A stretch of DNA of 64,000 nucleotides from Azolla caroliniana (Eukaryota; Plantae; Polypodiophyta): positions 15,500,001-15,564,000 of the forward strand of contig JBHGNT010000007.1 of NCBI GenBank assembly GCA_043228905.1, written 5' to 3'. The notes under the pieces were generated by a model. That model worked only from the letters and a program-made list of their open reading frames with translations, was not told the DNA's origin and did no database searches. Below, in pieces: positions 52,051-64,000 of this stretch. The translations under genes were made by a program, and so were the position numbers. Each line of letters opens with the position of its first letter. Within the stretch, counting starts at the first letter, position 1.

Positions 52051-52068
52051 TGGTGAACCCGACGTGAA
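52051..52068 (+). promoter_or_regulatory. Primer-binding site complementary to the 3' end of tRNA-Trp
   Basis: TGGTGAACCCGACGTGAA is the reverse complement of ...TTCACGTCGGGTTCACCA, the plant cytosolic tRNA-Trp 3' end as recalled. Confidence 0.8.
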
Positions 52069-52090
52069 AGAGGCGGCAGAAGAGCAGAAG

Positions 52091-54217
52091 ATGAGGGGGT
52101 CGGATCTCGCGGAGGCCATGGCTTCGGCCGTGGATCGGATTGTAAACGCGCGCGAGATCACCGGTGCCCTCGACAGAGCTATTGAGGCGGTCGTCGGCAC
52201 GATCGGCCGGTTCGATGGGAAGGATGCCACGAAGTATTTGGCGTCCTACGGTGCAGAGATGCTGATGCGGGACATTCCGGAAGAAAGGCGTCTTGCCGGA
52301 TTTCCCCGAGTGGCGATGCCGAGCATCCATGCGGAGGTGCTCGAGGTGCGGACGGAGAGCCGTACCTGGGAGGAGTTCGAAGGTCAGCTCCTAGAGAAAT
52401 ACGGGCTGGACGACGCGCTCCGGCTTTCGAAGCGAAGGTTCATGGAATGGGTGGAGTCCCCGGGGAAGGGAAGAAACGCGTCGGCGCTCCTCCGGGAGTT
52501 CGAGGAAAACTTTGCGCGCCTTTCGGCGCTCGACCGAACCATCCTGGACACGAGCCGGGTCTTGCTGTTTGTCAAGTCGGTCGACGAGCGGGATCGGGAG
52601 CAAGTGGGCCTCTTGCTGGAAACCGAAGACGGGCTCACTACCGACTGGGCGGCTGTCAGGAAGGTCTGTGGCCGTTTCGACAAACGGCGAGAATGGGCGG
52701 ATAACGGGGCGACCGGGTCGGGCTCGGTCGCAGCAAGGAAGCTCGAACCAGCGCCACAGGTGCGCAAGGAAGAGACCCGGGGGCGGTTGGAAACCGGTTC
52801 GGCTTCGACCGGCGTAGTCAGAGGCTCAACCGGAGGAGCGGCGCTGGAGGAATTGACGAAGGCGATAAAGGACCTCCAAATCGCGCAGGCCCGAAGGGAA
52901 GGAGGCGAACCGGCTCGTGACCGACGGCCGGCGGCAGGAAACAGGTGCATGTGGTGCGATGAAGTCGGCCACATTCGGAAGGACTGCGGCGACTTCGCGG
53001 AGGCGCTGAGGAACAGGGTGGTGTACCTGTGGGAAGGACGGGTGCATGCCAGCGACACCCGAAGGGCCCTGAGCCGAAACAACGAAAAGGGTGGTATGAA
53101 AGGGTTGATGGAAGAGGCGGCGGCCCGACACGCGGAAACCGTCCACTACTCGGCGTCGGCCGGCATTTGAGTCGGGGGCGGCGAGGCCCGAAGGGAAAGC
53201 AATGCCGGATTCTGGCCGACGATGCTGGAAGGCCTTGCCGGTGCAAGGCTTAAAGGGGAGGAATCGGACCGTGCGGAGAAACGGGTACGGGAGATGACCG
53301 GGTGGAGCGACCCGGTCGAGGAAAGGACGGGCTTCGTGGAAGCCGCTTGCCAGAACTACGAGGCTCTGGTAGAAGAGAAGCGGGTGGGGAGACCCGGGAC
53401 GACCGGGCCCTCACAACGATACGAGACCCGGTCCGGGCCACGACGGGACGAAGCCGGCGGGGCCGGTACGCAAGATAAACCCCAGAAGGGCGGGTACCGT
53501 CTGGGGACGGAGATAGAAAGGACCACGGACTTACGAAAGGTCCTGGAGGAACGGATCCTCGACAGCAAGGTGGAGCTGTCGTTACGAGAGGTGCTGGGAA
53601 TCGCCAAGAAGGAGTTCCACGACTCCATCGTGGACTTGGTGAAACGGAAGAGGCTGTCGACGGAAACAGAACCGGAAAGACCGGTGGAAGTGCGGACGAC
53701 GCACCTAGACGACGTGGCGCTCGGAGACGAGTGGGCGGAAAGCCACTATTCGAGACCACACTGGGCCCGAGCGACCACGGAAACCCCGGTGAAGATCGGC
53801 GATGTCCAGGAACAGGTGATAGCTTTGGTGGACCACGGATCGGAGATCAATTTGATGTCCATGGACTTCTATAAGAAGGGCAAATGGCCGATCAACACCA
53901 AGCACGGGTGGAAAATAAGGGCAGCAACGCGCGCCACCGAGGAACTGCACGGGGCCTGTCCGAATGTGCGAGTCAAGATCGGCGACGTCGAGATTGACCA
54001 GCACTTCTTCGTGCAGGAGACGTCTTCGCATCCGGTCATTCTGGGAGAGCCGTACATCACGGCGGCGCGAATGGAGACCAAGGTGCTGGACAACGGTTCG
54101 GCCTACACGAGGGTCAAAAGCCAAGACGGGCGCCATTCGGTCCAGTTTCTGACGGTACGGCCGAACCACGAACGTAACCGCGATTCCCTCGGTTCCGAAA
54201 CCCGAGAGGATTTTTAG
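52091..54217 (+). CDS. H Gag-protease frame (CMWCDEVGHIRKDC knuckle; ALVDHGSEINLM protease), in-frame TGA at 53168-53170
   Basis: ORFs 51974-53170 and 53222-54217 share a frame; first ATG after the PBS is at 52091. Confidence 0.8.
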
Positions 54218-57200
54218 AGAGGACTGCCAAGGCGTGGGGCCGCGACAGTCCGGATGCTCCGGAAAAACCCCACATCTGTACGATAAAACCGTGTACAATA
54301 GGTAGGAAATTTTGCTTCTCCGACAGCGGAGCATGGACGATGGTCGACATCACCGGCCGAGAGAAAACAAAGACGGAGGGGAGACTTCGGGCGTGCGGAG
54401 TTCTCGGCCCTGACGAAGGAATCAACGGAGCCGTGGAGGCGGTCTCCTTCGACGACACCTTGGGGATGTTGGGGAAGGTAGTCGAAGAAGACCTTAACGA
54501 AGACCGGACGATACCGGTATGTTCCGAAGAAATGTACGAAGTCATCGCGGACTTCGGTCGAGGGCTCGAGTCGGAACGGACGGCCCGAGTGAGCACCAAG
54601 TACAAGACGGTGGACCGGAAGGTGAGGCCAGTTGCGGCGCCCTTACCGGAGGGCAGCGAATCCCGAATCAAAGGGGTTGCATCGGACCCCAGCTTACGAG
54701 ATCCGGCCTGCATAGGACACACCTTCACCAACGAGACGCTCCGCGAGCTGAAGATCGGTGGGGGCGGGTTCCTACTGCCGATGGAGGAAGACCGGTTCCG
54801 GAGAATGCTCGGAAGGCACGGGAAAGCCTTCGCATTCTCGCCGGAGGAAATCGGGTGCGTGGACCCGACGATCGTAGAGCCGATGGTGATATTCACGGTA
54901 CCGCATGTACCGTGGAATCTCAAGCCAATTTCGGTTCCGAGAGCTCACATCCCGGAGTTGATGGAGCTGTTGAAGCAGAAAGTTGATATGGGCATTCTCG
55001 AGCCGTCGAGCGCCCCGTATTCAAACCGTTGGTTTACCGTGCCAAAGAAAAACGGATCATTGCGCTTCATTCAGGACCTGCAGCCGGTCAATAGAGTGAC
55101 CATTCGGAACGCAAAGATCGGACCGACCATAGACGAGTTCGCGGAGGCCTTCGCCGGAAGGTCGATTTACTCGGTCGGTGATCTATACTCAGGGTACGAC
55201 CAGTTCCAGCTAGCCGTGGAGAGCAGAGACATCACGACGATGCGAACTCCCCTCGGCCTAGTGCGGATGTGTACGCTGCCGCAAGGAGGGACCAACTCGG
55301 TGGCCCACATGGTGAATGCAATGAACAAGGTGCTGAGGGACTGCATCCCGGACATCACCATGCCGTTTCTAGACGACATCCCGATCAAGGGATGCCCGGT
55401 TGAAGAGAACGACGAGACGGTCGGGCCGGACGGATGCCGGCGATTCGTGATGGCGCACATCGACGACTGCGAGAAGGTGCTGCAAAGGCTAGAGGTTGCC
55501 AGGCTCACCTTCTCGGGGGAGAAATCAGCCTTCGGGCAATCGGAAATCATGGTGGTCGGACATTTGTGCGGGCCATATGGCCGGAAACCGTCTCCGGCAA
55601 AGGTAGAGGCCATCTCCGCGATGAAGCCTGACTGCAGCTCGGTCACGGAAGTACGAAGATTCTTGGGAGCATGCGCCTTCTACCACATATGGATCCCGCA
55701 TTACGCGCACGTCGCGGAGCCGCTGTATGGATTATTGAAGAAAGGGCGAAGATTCGAATGGCTAGACAAGCACGCGGAGTCGGTCCGGAAGCTGAAGGAG
55801 GCTCTTTCGGCAGCACCGGCGCTCCGAAAGGCTGTCTACGGGAAGGGCACCCCAGTGTACATAACGGTTGACACGAGTCCGACCGGAATCGGGTGGGTCG
55901 TCAACCAAGAAGACGAGGACGGCAATCGGTTTCCGATCCGATTCGGCGCGAAGGTCCTCAGCGAACGGCAGCGAGGATACGCCCAGGTTAAACGCGAACT
56001 CTGGGGTATCGTTTCGGCGGTGAAGGCCGACAAGGACTATCTGATCGGGACGGAGGTAATCATAGAGACGGATTGCATGCCGATTCTCGGCATGGTTTCC
56101 GGATGCGCGACGCCGGACCTGGCAATGCTCAGGTGGATAGCGTACATCAAGTCCCTAGACCCGGTAATACGACACATTTCCGGGAAAGACAACGCCATGG
56201 CCGACATGCTTTCAAGGGCGAGATTCGAGGACGAGGGCGGCATGGTCTCGGAGGACGAAGAGGTCGGCGTGGACTTCTTCGAGACTGCGTATGTAACAAC
56301 CGGCGGGACAAGCACTCCGGCGCTTAACGACTTCGACGCGAGCAAGTACGACGGGGAGTGACTGCAGATCGGTGGGTTTTTGAAGACAATGACGCCCGAT
56401 GCGTCATGGACGAAGGACGAGGCCAACCGGATCCGGAGGAAAGCGTACCGGTTCTTTCTCCGGGATGGCTACCTATGGAAGCACCCGAAGAAGAGGGACG
56501 GCGCTCCGCTCCGGGTGGTGGCGATGAAGGAAGAACAGGAGGAGCTGCTGACGGCCTACCACGACAGCCCTTGGGCTGGACACCGTGGAACATGGGCTAC
56601 GTTTGAGAAACTGAAGGGGAAGTATTGGTGGCCGGGGCAGTACCAGGACGTGCATCGGTTCGTGACAACTTGCGAGAGCTGTCAGATGCACTCCATAGTC
56701 CGACATCGGGACGAGCTTCACCCCACGTACCCTCCGACCATCCACTTCAAATGGATGGTAGATCTGGTAACGATGCCAATGGGAGTAGGACAGATGCGGT
56801 ACCTGGTCCTAGCGCGGGAGGATCTGACGAACCAGGTGGAAGGCCGGGCCCTTCTGAACAAAACGACCGCGGCCGTATGTCGGTTCCTAATCGAAGACGT
56901 GATATGCCGGTACGGGTGCGTCGGGAGGATCGTGGCTGACCGAGGGGAGTTGGACGCCGAAGAAGCCGCGGAGCTGTTCGACCGGCTGGGAGTCAAGCTC
57001 TCGCTCACCACTGCGTACAATCCGGAGGCGAATGGGAAGGTGGAGCGCGGACACGGGCCGATCGTCAAGGCGTTGGTTCGGGCATGTGGAGGCCAAGTCG
57101 GTAACTGGCCGCGGCTGCTACCTTATGCTTTGTGGGCAGACCGGACCACGCACAGTTCGGTAACCGGGTACATGCCGACGGAGCTCATGTTCGGCCAGAA

Positions 57201-57696
57201 GCCGATCATGCCGATGGAACGGACGATCTCCTCATGGGCAACGGTCGATTGGAGGGACGAGATGAGCCGGGAGGAGTTGTTGGCCGCGCGTATACGACAA
57301 CTCGAGCGGAGACCGGAGGACGTGGAACTGGCTGCGGAGAGGCTCCGGGTGGCGAGGGAGCAGAACAAAGCCAGGTTCGACCGAACGCACCGGCTCCGAC
57401 CGAAGAAAATCGAAGAAGGTGACTGGGTGCTCGTCTACGATAGCAGCCTCGACAACCAGCACCGGGCTACACGGAAGTTTGCACGAAGGTGGTTCGGGCC
57501 TTACGTGGTACGGAGCGCCAATGACAACGGGACATATCACCTGGCGGAACTTGACGGCACGAGAGTGGCGATACCGGTGGCAGGAAAGCGGATCAAAGCG
57601 TTCAAGAAGCGACATGACGACGAGCCGGACCCGGCTCTCCTAGTCAGCAGTGACGAACGATCCGGAAACGAGGAAGAACCGACGGGCGAGGAATGA
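54208..57696 (+). CDS. H Pol (RT, RNase H, IN with GPY), in the -1 frame; in-frame TGA at 56359-56361
   Basis: Frame open from 54208; KYKTVDRKVRPV, PFLDDIP, TVDTSPTGIG, HDSPWAGH..CESC, WMVDL..ADRGE..VERGH, FGPY; no chromodomain. Confidence 0.88.
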
Positions 57697-58902
57697 AGAC
57701 GGGCCGGTTTTCTCCGTCCCAACTCTCTTGGCGCATGCCGGAGGATGCGCGGTTAGGTGGGGGCGGATGTCGTGAAGAAAACCGTCCATAGGCGGAATCG
57801 GCGCACCAAGGCGTGGGAACCGGTTCTTCGCGCGCGCACGCTCCAAGTTGTACATAGAAGCGAATTAGGAGGATAATCGGCAGGAACGGGCCCTAACTCA
57901 AGTGGAGACAAAGACCGCGCGAACAGTCTTTTCGGTCGCGCGCGCGAACTGTACGAGTCGGCGGCGTAACTACGCGGATGCGTGAAAAACGGAGCGGATC
58001 CCTGTCCAAAGGGGACAGGGAATAAAGCTGACATGACGGCCTGCTCGTCGGCCTATATAAGGAGCAGGAAAGAGCTGTTGCAGAGATCTCAGGCGGAGAG
58101 GACGAAGTGCTGCCGGACCGTTTCTGGACGCTTCTCTCTCTCTCTCTGTGTTTCCTTCCTTCTCGAGCTCCATAGCTTCTGTGCAGGGTTCCGAGGAAAC
58201 CCGCTGTTTCGAGGAACGCCCGAGTGCTTCCGGCAGCACCTCCGACCTGCTACCCCGTTTGAGCGTCGAAGCGAACAGGCATCGGCATCTGTTCGCCGGC
58301 CTGTTCGGTTGTAACAACCTGTGCCCCATCGAGGGTTGTAGTCGTGTTAGCCATTTTTGTTAATACACATATTTAGTCATTCGCACCTGTCTGTGTCGGT
58401 GTCTGTTCGCGTTCTCCGTGCTGAAGGGCCGTGTCCCTGCGTATCCCCGGTCCTGCGTAGCCGGTTCTCTCTCTTTCTCCTCCCTTGCTTGCTCTTTGGT
58501 TCGAGACCCCCGCGGTCCCGCCTCATTTTCACACGCACTTGCGTAATATCTCGACAACGGACAACTAAATGTCAAGATATGAGGGTATAAAGTTTGTGAA
58601 AGGAAAAGAGAAAATTGTGAGATATCCCACATAGGCACGACAAATACGGCTCTCATCATATATGAGGTAGAGCAAAAGATATTATCTTTGTGTCTATGTG
58701 TGGAGCATAGAGAGTTCAAGGTAACTTGAACTAAGAGTGGAGGTGGGCTAGTTACTCGTAAAGGGGTTTGGCCAACCAAAACTGGACCGGCGATGGAGCC
58801 GGTGAGAGACCGACATCCGGCAAGGCACCGGTAACTGACGAACCGGTGTCCGGCGACTAGATAAATAAATATATAAATATATATACATATATACATATAC
58901 AG

Positions 58903-58974
58903 GGAGGGCAAGTAAGGATTCAAACCTTGCACCTCCGAGTTAGGAGTCAATTGGCTTACCATTAAGCCATGCCA
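58903..58974 (-). other. tRNA-like (Pol III A/B-box) sequence inside solo LTR G
   Basis: Minus strand TGGCTTAATGG (A box) ... GGTTTGAATCC (B box), with pairing D and T arms. Confidence 0.55.
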
Positions 58975-60541
58975 TTTAGTTAAATTTATATTTCTATCAT
59001 TGTACTTTTACGTGTAAATTCTCATACATGAGAGCTAAAATGAGTGACATGGTTATCATGCACCACATGTAATACATAAGCGCCAAATGGCAAGCATGCA
59101 TTTTATGCATGTCTTGTACCCTCACATGCATCATATGCATGAGAGCATCTATAAAAGAAGGAAGGGGGAGGAGAAAAAACGTTTTTTTTATGAAATTAAG
59201 AAGAAGAAATTCGTTATCAAATTGATCGTGTAACTTGTTTCTTAAATCCAAAGATAAAACTTCAATCAATCTCTCTCAATCGTACAATCTCAACTTCTCT
59301 CTTTCCCAATCTATCTTAAGTACTTTCTCGCCAAAGCTTGCGCCAAAGCTTGTACCGACTTTGAATCCTTCCGGTCCAGAACCCTGGCGGTTCTGCCTCA
59401 CGATCCTCACGTAGTGACGGATCTTCACGACACCGTTGAAAGGTGATGTCCCACAAAGGGTGTGGACAAGAAAGGATGTCTCCTACGGACACCTGAGGGT
59501 GTTCGGATGCCTAGGGTACATGCATGTAGCTAAGGATAAGATGTTAAAGCTCGACAGTAAGTCGAAACCATGCATATTCATGGGATACTCAGAAGATGAG
59601 TTTGGTTATAGGCAATGGGACCTAGTCGACAAGAAGGTAGTGAGGAGTCGGGACGTAGTCTTCTTGGAAGACAAGACCATAGAGGACTAGAAGCAACAAA
59701 AGTCAGAATCGACTAACCAATCAACCTCCACTACTATCTACTTGAGGCCAAGTGAACCAACACAGATAGTTGTTTGGAGACAGCTAGTCGGCACAGCCGA
59801 ATCCGAGTCAGTTGGCTTGGAGAGACCGATCGACTATGATTCTGAGTCGAAAGAGCTGTTAAGATCGATCGAGATACGAGTTGGAGTCGTCCAATATGGA
59901 TTTGGAGATCGAACAATTGGATGTCAAGACAACATTCTTGCACGGGGAGCTGGATGAAGAGATTTACATGCAACAACCCGAAGGTTTTGAGGAGAACGGG
60001 AAAGAGAACCTGGTGTGTCAACTGAAGAAAAGCTTTTATGGGTTGAAACAAGCTCCACGCCAATGATACAAGAAGTTCAAGTCCTTCATGGTAGAACATA
60101 GGTTCCAGAAAACACAAGCTGATCACTGTGTGTTCGTCAAAAGGTACGACGAAGGTGACTTCTTGATTCTCTTATTATATGTAGATGACATGTTGATAGA
60201 TTGTCAAGATACAAGGAAGATCGGAAACTTGATGAAAGCTCTCCGCAAATCTTAGGGAAAGATTTTGGACTGGCTAAACAAATCTTAGGGATGCACATAG
60301 TTCAAGATAGAACTAAGAAAGTGTTGTGGTTGTCACAAGAGAAATATGTGATTAAGATCCTAGAAAGATTCAACATGTCAGAAGCAAAGCCGATCGGCTC
60401 TGTGTTACTGACTAACTGCAAGTTAAATGCAAAGCAATGCCCGAGAGGGGAGAAAGAAAAGGTTGAGATGAGGAAAATACCATATGCCTCAGCCGTCAGC
60501 AGCTTAATGTATGCTATGGTCTATACGAGACCATACATAGC

Positions 60542-63500
60542 TGTTGAGATACAAGCTCAACATTGGCTGGATTGGTGCGTAAATCGGCGCGTAAACCGGT
60601 GCGCAACAAGAGGCCGGATCGGTGCGGAAATCGGGAGGCCACTGAACAGATATATCACGAGGGAATATATTTGGGAGTTAGTGTAGGAGCTCAGTTATGA
60701 GCATTGAAGTATGTGTCAATACTTCTGTCAGTCCGTATGGACTTGTATAAAAGTGCTCTCTAAGCACATCCTATGTATAAAGAGTTTTTACACATTATTT
60801 TGAGCTCAGTTTCTTCTGTGTCTTATTTTTTTTCCCTCTCTGCCTCTCTCGCGTACAACGTCTCTTAAGCTCTCCATTAAACCTGTTGTTTCCTCTTGTC
60901 GGTATTTTGTGTGTCATATAGCTTTCGCACGTTACGTTTTACATGGTATCAGAGCGCGAGGGTTGAGAACCTTTGCAGCCAATTTCAGCTCGAAACACAC
61001 ACAAAAAAAAACCTAATCTCGGTGAAGAACAGAAAGGAAAAAATGGATAGAGGTATGTCTAGTTCGCTTCCAACTGAGAAGCTCGACAAAAGTAACTACG
61101 CATCTTGGTCATACAAGATGCACCAGTACTTGCTTGGACATGGATACTGGAGCTATGTCGATAGAGCGAATAATGTAGCACTCGAATCGACACACAGAGA
61201 CTTCCCAGCCTGGGAACAGTCAGCGAGCAGAGTTCTCTACTGCTTCGCGTCCTGTGTGAGCAAACAACTCTTGAGCTACATTCGGGATGCAAGAACGCCA
61301 AAGGATGCTTGGGGAAATCTGAAAAAGTTTTTTGCCGCAAGTACCACAACCAGGAAGCTCCAACTCCGACAAGAGTTGAGCAATGTGCGTCAACGCGACA
61401 TGACGGTGGCTGACTACACCTCCAAGATAAAGGATATCTGTGACTCCCTCACCTCCATCGATGTGAACGTTGAGGAGGGTGAAATGGTGCAGATCTGCCT
61501 CGGAGGATTGGCATCAAAGTTCAGAGCATTCCGAACTGCTATTTGTACAAGGGAGAATACGCCGTCGTTTTTCGACTTGTAGTCGATGCTCCTTGTAGAG
61601 GAGAATCACGTGGGTGCGTCGACAAGTACGCACGCCGACAGTAAGATGTTGTACATGGAGGGAGTTAGGCCCCGTGGTCGTGGTGGACGAGGCGAGTCGG
61701 CACGCAATTGAGGTGGCCGACGGGAGCAAGAAGAAGGCATTGTGGTGATGTTGACAGCAATTCCGGACCCTCCGGAAGCAAGGGGAGTTGAGGAGGCGAC
61801 GAAAACCGGCAAGGGAAACACGCCGCGGAATGCTGGTATTGTCACAAGAAAGGCCACAAGGAGAGCGAGTGCTGGAAGAAGCGTGCCGATTCGGAGAAAA
61901 CCGGATCCGGATCCGGACTGACTGAACAAGGAAATCGGCAGCGGATGCACTACGCCCAAGGATCCGAAAAAGTCGGAAAGGGGGCAGCCTTCGTGACAAG
62001 ACATGAAGCGAACTCGATGAAGAAGACCACCCCGAAATCAGGCGAAGTGTGATACGTTGACTCCGGAGTGTCACACCATAAAGAGTGGTTCTCATATCTA
62101 GAGAAACCGGAACAACAGGGAGTAGTCACAACAGGAGACGACCCTCCACATCTGATCATACATGTCGGTTAAGTTCCCCTCAGCCATGTTGGGCAAAAAG
62201 GGAAGCTAATGAACGTGTTACACGTCCCCACAATTACGATGATTTTGGTTTCGGTCGAACATATCGTCGACTAGGGGATGCAAGTCCGGTTCACGCATCT
62301 CGGGTGCTTCATCGAGGAAGAAGGCCAAGTTATTGCGCAAGGGCGCAGAGATGGGAGGATGTTCATCCTCGACACCAATGACATAGACACCGCCATGTTT
62401 GCGAAAGGGCAAAAAGTTGAGTCAAATATCGACTTGTGGCATAAGAGGATAGGCCACCTCAACTACGAAAGGCTTCTGGACTTGCAATCTGTTCGGATTG
62501 CCGAAATTCAATGGTTGAAAGGCCCAAATTTGTGAAGCGAGCCAGCCAGGGAAGCAACACCGACTTCCTTTCCCCAATGAGCGTAATTGGAGCCGAAATA
62601 AGCTCGACTTGATACATTCATATGTATGGGGACTGGCACAGAATGTGAGTCTTGGTGCAAGTCGATATTTCGTCTCCTTCATCGACGACTACACCTGACA
62701 CACATGGATCTACCTCATCGAAAAGAAGAGTGAAGTCTTCGACTGTTTCTAGAACCTCAAAAATCTTGTCGAAAGGGAAATAGGGAGGAAGATCAAGTGC
62801 CTGCGGTTGGATGGCGAAATAGAGTACTTTTCCGGCCAATTCAACAGTTATTTGCAACAAATGGGAATTCGGCACGAATTCAGTTGCGGGTATACGTTGG
62901 AGGAAAACAGCGTAGCCGAAAGGAAGAATCGGTTGGTTGTGGAAGCGGTGCAGGCAATGCTGGAAGAAAGAGCATGCCCAAGTTCTATTGGGCCAAAGCG
63001 GTCCGAACCGCGGTCTACATCCAGAATCGGATCGGCGAAAAAGTGTCGGCACATGAGTTGTTTTTCGGAAGGAAGCCGAATCTACGACACTTGAGGGTTT
63101 TCAGTAGCATCGCATATGTGCATGTGCTGAAGGAGAAGCGGAGGAAGCTAGACGCGAAAGCCAAGAAGTGTATCTTGGTCGACTACTCGGATGAATAGAA
63201 GGGTTATAAGTGTTATAACCCCCGAACCAAACAAGCTCGCGTATGTCACGATGTTGTGTTCGATGAGTCCGCGTCTTGGTATTTGCCTCCGACTCTGGAC
63301 CCCAACTCCAATTCGAGTTCTGAAGCTGAGGTCAACGAGGCTGAGATGCCTCCTCATGAACGCGAAATCCAAACTCTTGAATAGAGTTCGATCTCATTTC
63401 TGCTAAGTGGACGAATGAGGGATTGAGTCAATTTGACCAGTCAGATGAAGTGTCAGCGAGTAGTGGAGACTCGGCCTTGCATTCCCCGCACAGGAAGCCG

Positions 63501-63790
63501 AAGAGATGGCTTACGCGCAAAGAAAAGGGAAAGAAGAAGATGTCGGAGTATGGCACGGATAGGGATGAGTCAGATCGATGCGAATCCGAATCCGAGAAGA
63601 GCGATGACGGACCTTCAACAACGAAGTCCGCGTTGGCCGGAATGGCCTCAACATTGGCTAATGCGCAATTACACTGATCTACCCGCCAAAAGAACCCTGT
63701 TGTGCAGTTCGGATACAACGAGTACATGGCACATCACTCTACGTACCTGACACGCGTAGCGGAAGTGCGTGAGCCGGAGAGGTACGGAAA
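60542..63790 (+). mobile_element. Degenerate Copia I (LTR 60542-60943, gag, PR, IN), breaking off before RT
   Basis: TG...CA LTR with adjacent PBS 60944-60955; Gag KLDKSNYASWSYKM; CWYCHKKGHKESEC; LWHKRIGH; multiple stops. Confidence 0.88.
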
Positions 63791-64000
63791 CACAAAGTCA
63801 TGGAAAAGGGTATGTAATATTGTTTGTGATCTCTTCAAATGAAAAGAACCGTGGGATCTTTATCAATCATCATCTAAATCTTAGGAGAGCAAATAAAGTC
63901 ATTGTTGAGATGGTTTATAGATCATAAACATATTAGTTCAATGCATGGATGAGGGGTGTCGTTTATGAAAAATGATGAGGTTAATCCTATTATGAAAATT

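Larger units (their letters stand above)
51255..58556 (+). mobile_element. Non-chromovirus Ty3/Gypsy element H, full length, young
   Basis: Near-identical LTRs 51255-52045 and 57768-58556; 4-bp TSD ACGG; PBS 52051-52068; PPT AGGTGGGGGCGGA before 57768. Confidence 0.95.
51092..59432 (+). mobile_element. Solo LTR G (~1.03 kb; 51092-51254 plus 58561-59432) containing element H
   Basis: Perfect 12-bp inverted termini TGTCGTGAAGAT/ATCTTCACGACA; 4-bp TSD CCGT (51088-51091, 59433-59436); TATAAAA ~59150. Confidence 0.85.
43246..60541 (+). mobile_element. Old Copia E (5' LTR 43246-43826), interrupted by F, G/H and I; 3' end not seen
   Basis: PBS 43830-43841; gag from 43856; coding pieces 43856-44247, 49591-51091 and 59437-60541 join across TSDs (e.g. 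SPLVPLKGD). Confidence 0.88.

Noticed and set aside
52384-54923. Long antisense ORFs (232, 209, 269 aa) in H and similar ones in C/F
   Set aside because: Expected shadow ORFs of GC-rich coding sequence; no domains.
58903-58974. Functional tRNA-Arg(CCT) gene
   Set aside because: Weak anticodon and acceptor stems, altered TTC loop, located inside an LTR.

Overview
Eukaryotic (land-plant, probably fern-like; inferred from a PLS-PPR remnant) heterochromatic window made almost entirely of nested retrotransposons; no intact host gene, rRNA, true tRNA or CRISPR array. Most boundaries were resolved from LTR termini, PBS/PPT and target-site duplications (TSDs). Nest 1: an old solo LTR (3744-17729) holds a 5'-truncated L1 and Copia A, which holds chromovirus B. 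Nest 2: decayed Copia J holds a B solo LTR, intact Copia C and Copia K (which holds an A solo LTR). Then come a PPR remnant, truncated Copia D and a decayed RING gene. Nest 3: non-chromovirus Ty3 element M holds Copia E, which holds Copia F, solo LTR G (with Ty3 element H inside) and Copia I. Most notable: (1) chromovirus B has TG...TA termini and a predicted 1.56-kb 5'-leader intron enclosing five evenly spaced GAGGT-N4-ACCTC hairpins with unique spacers, a retrovirus-like 'packaging signal in an intron' layout; (2) the H/G/M Ty3 group has 4-bp CpG-centred TSDs, a tRNA-Trp PBS, a G-GAT-TTT -1 frameshift with hairpin, and a tRNA-like module in an LTR; (3) an apparent Gag swap among Tnt1-like Copia families; (4) strong CCGG enrichment in these Copias.
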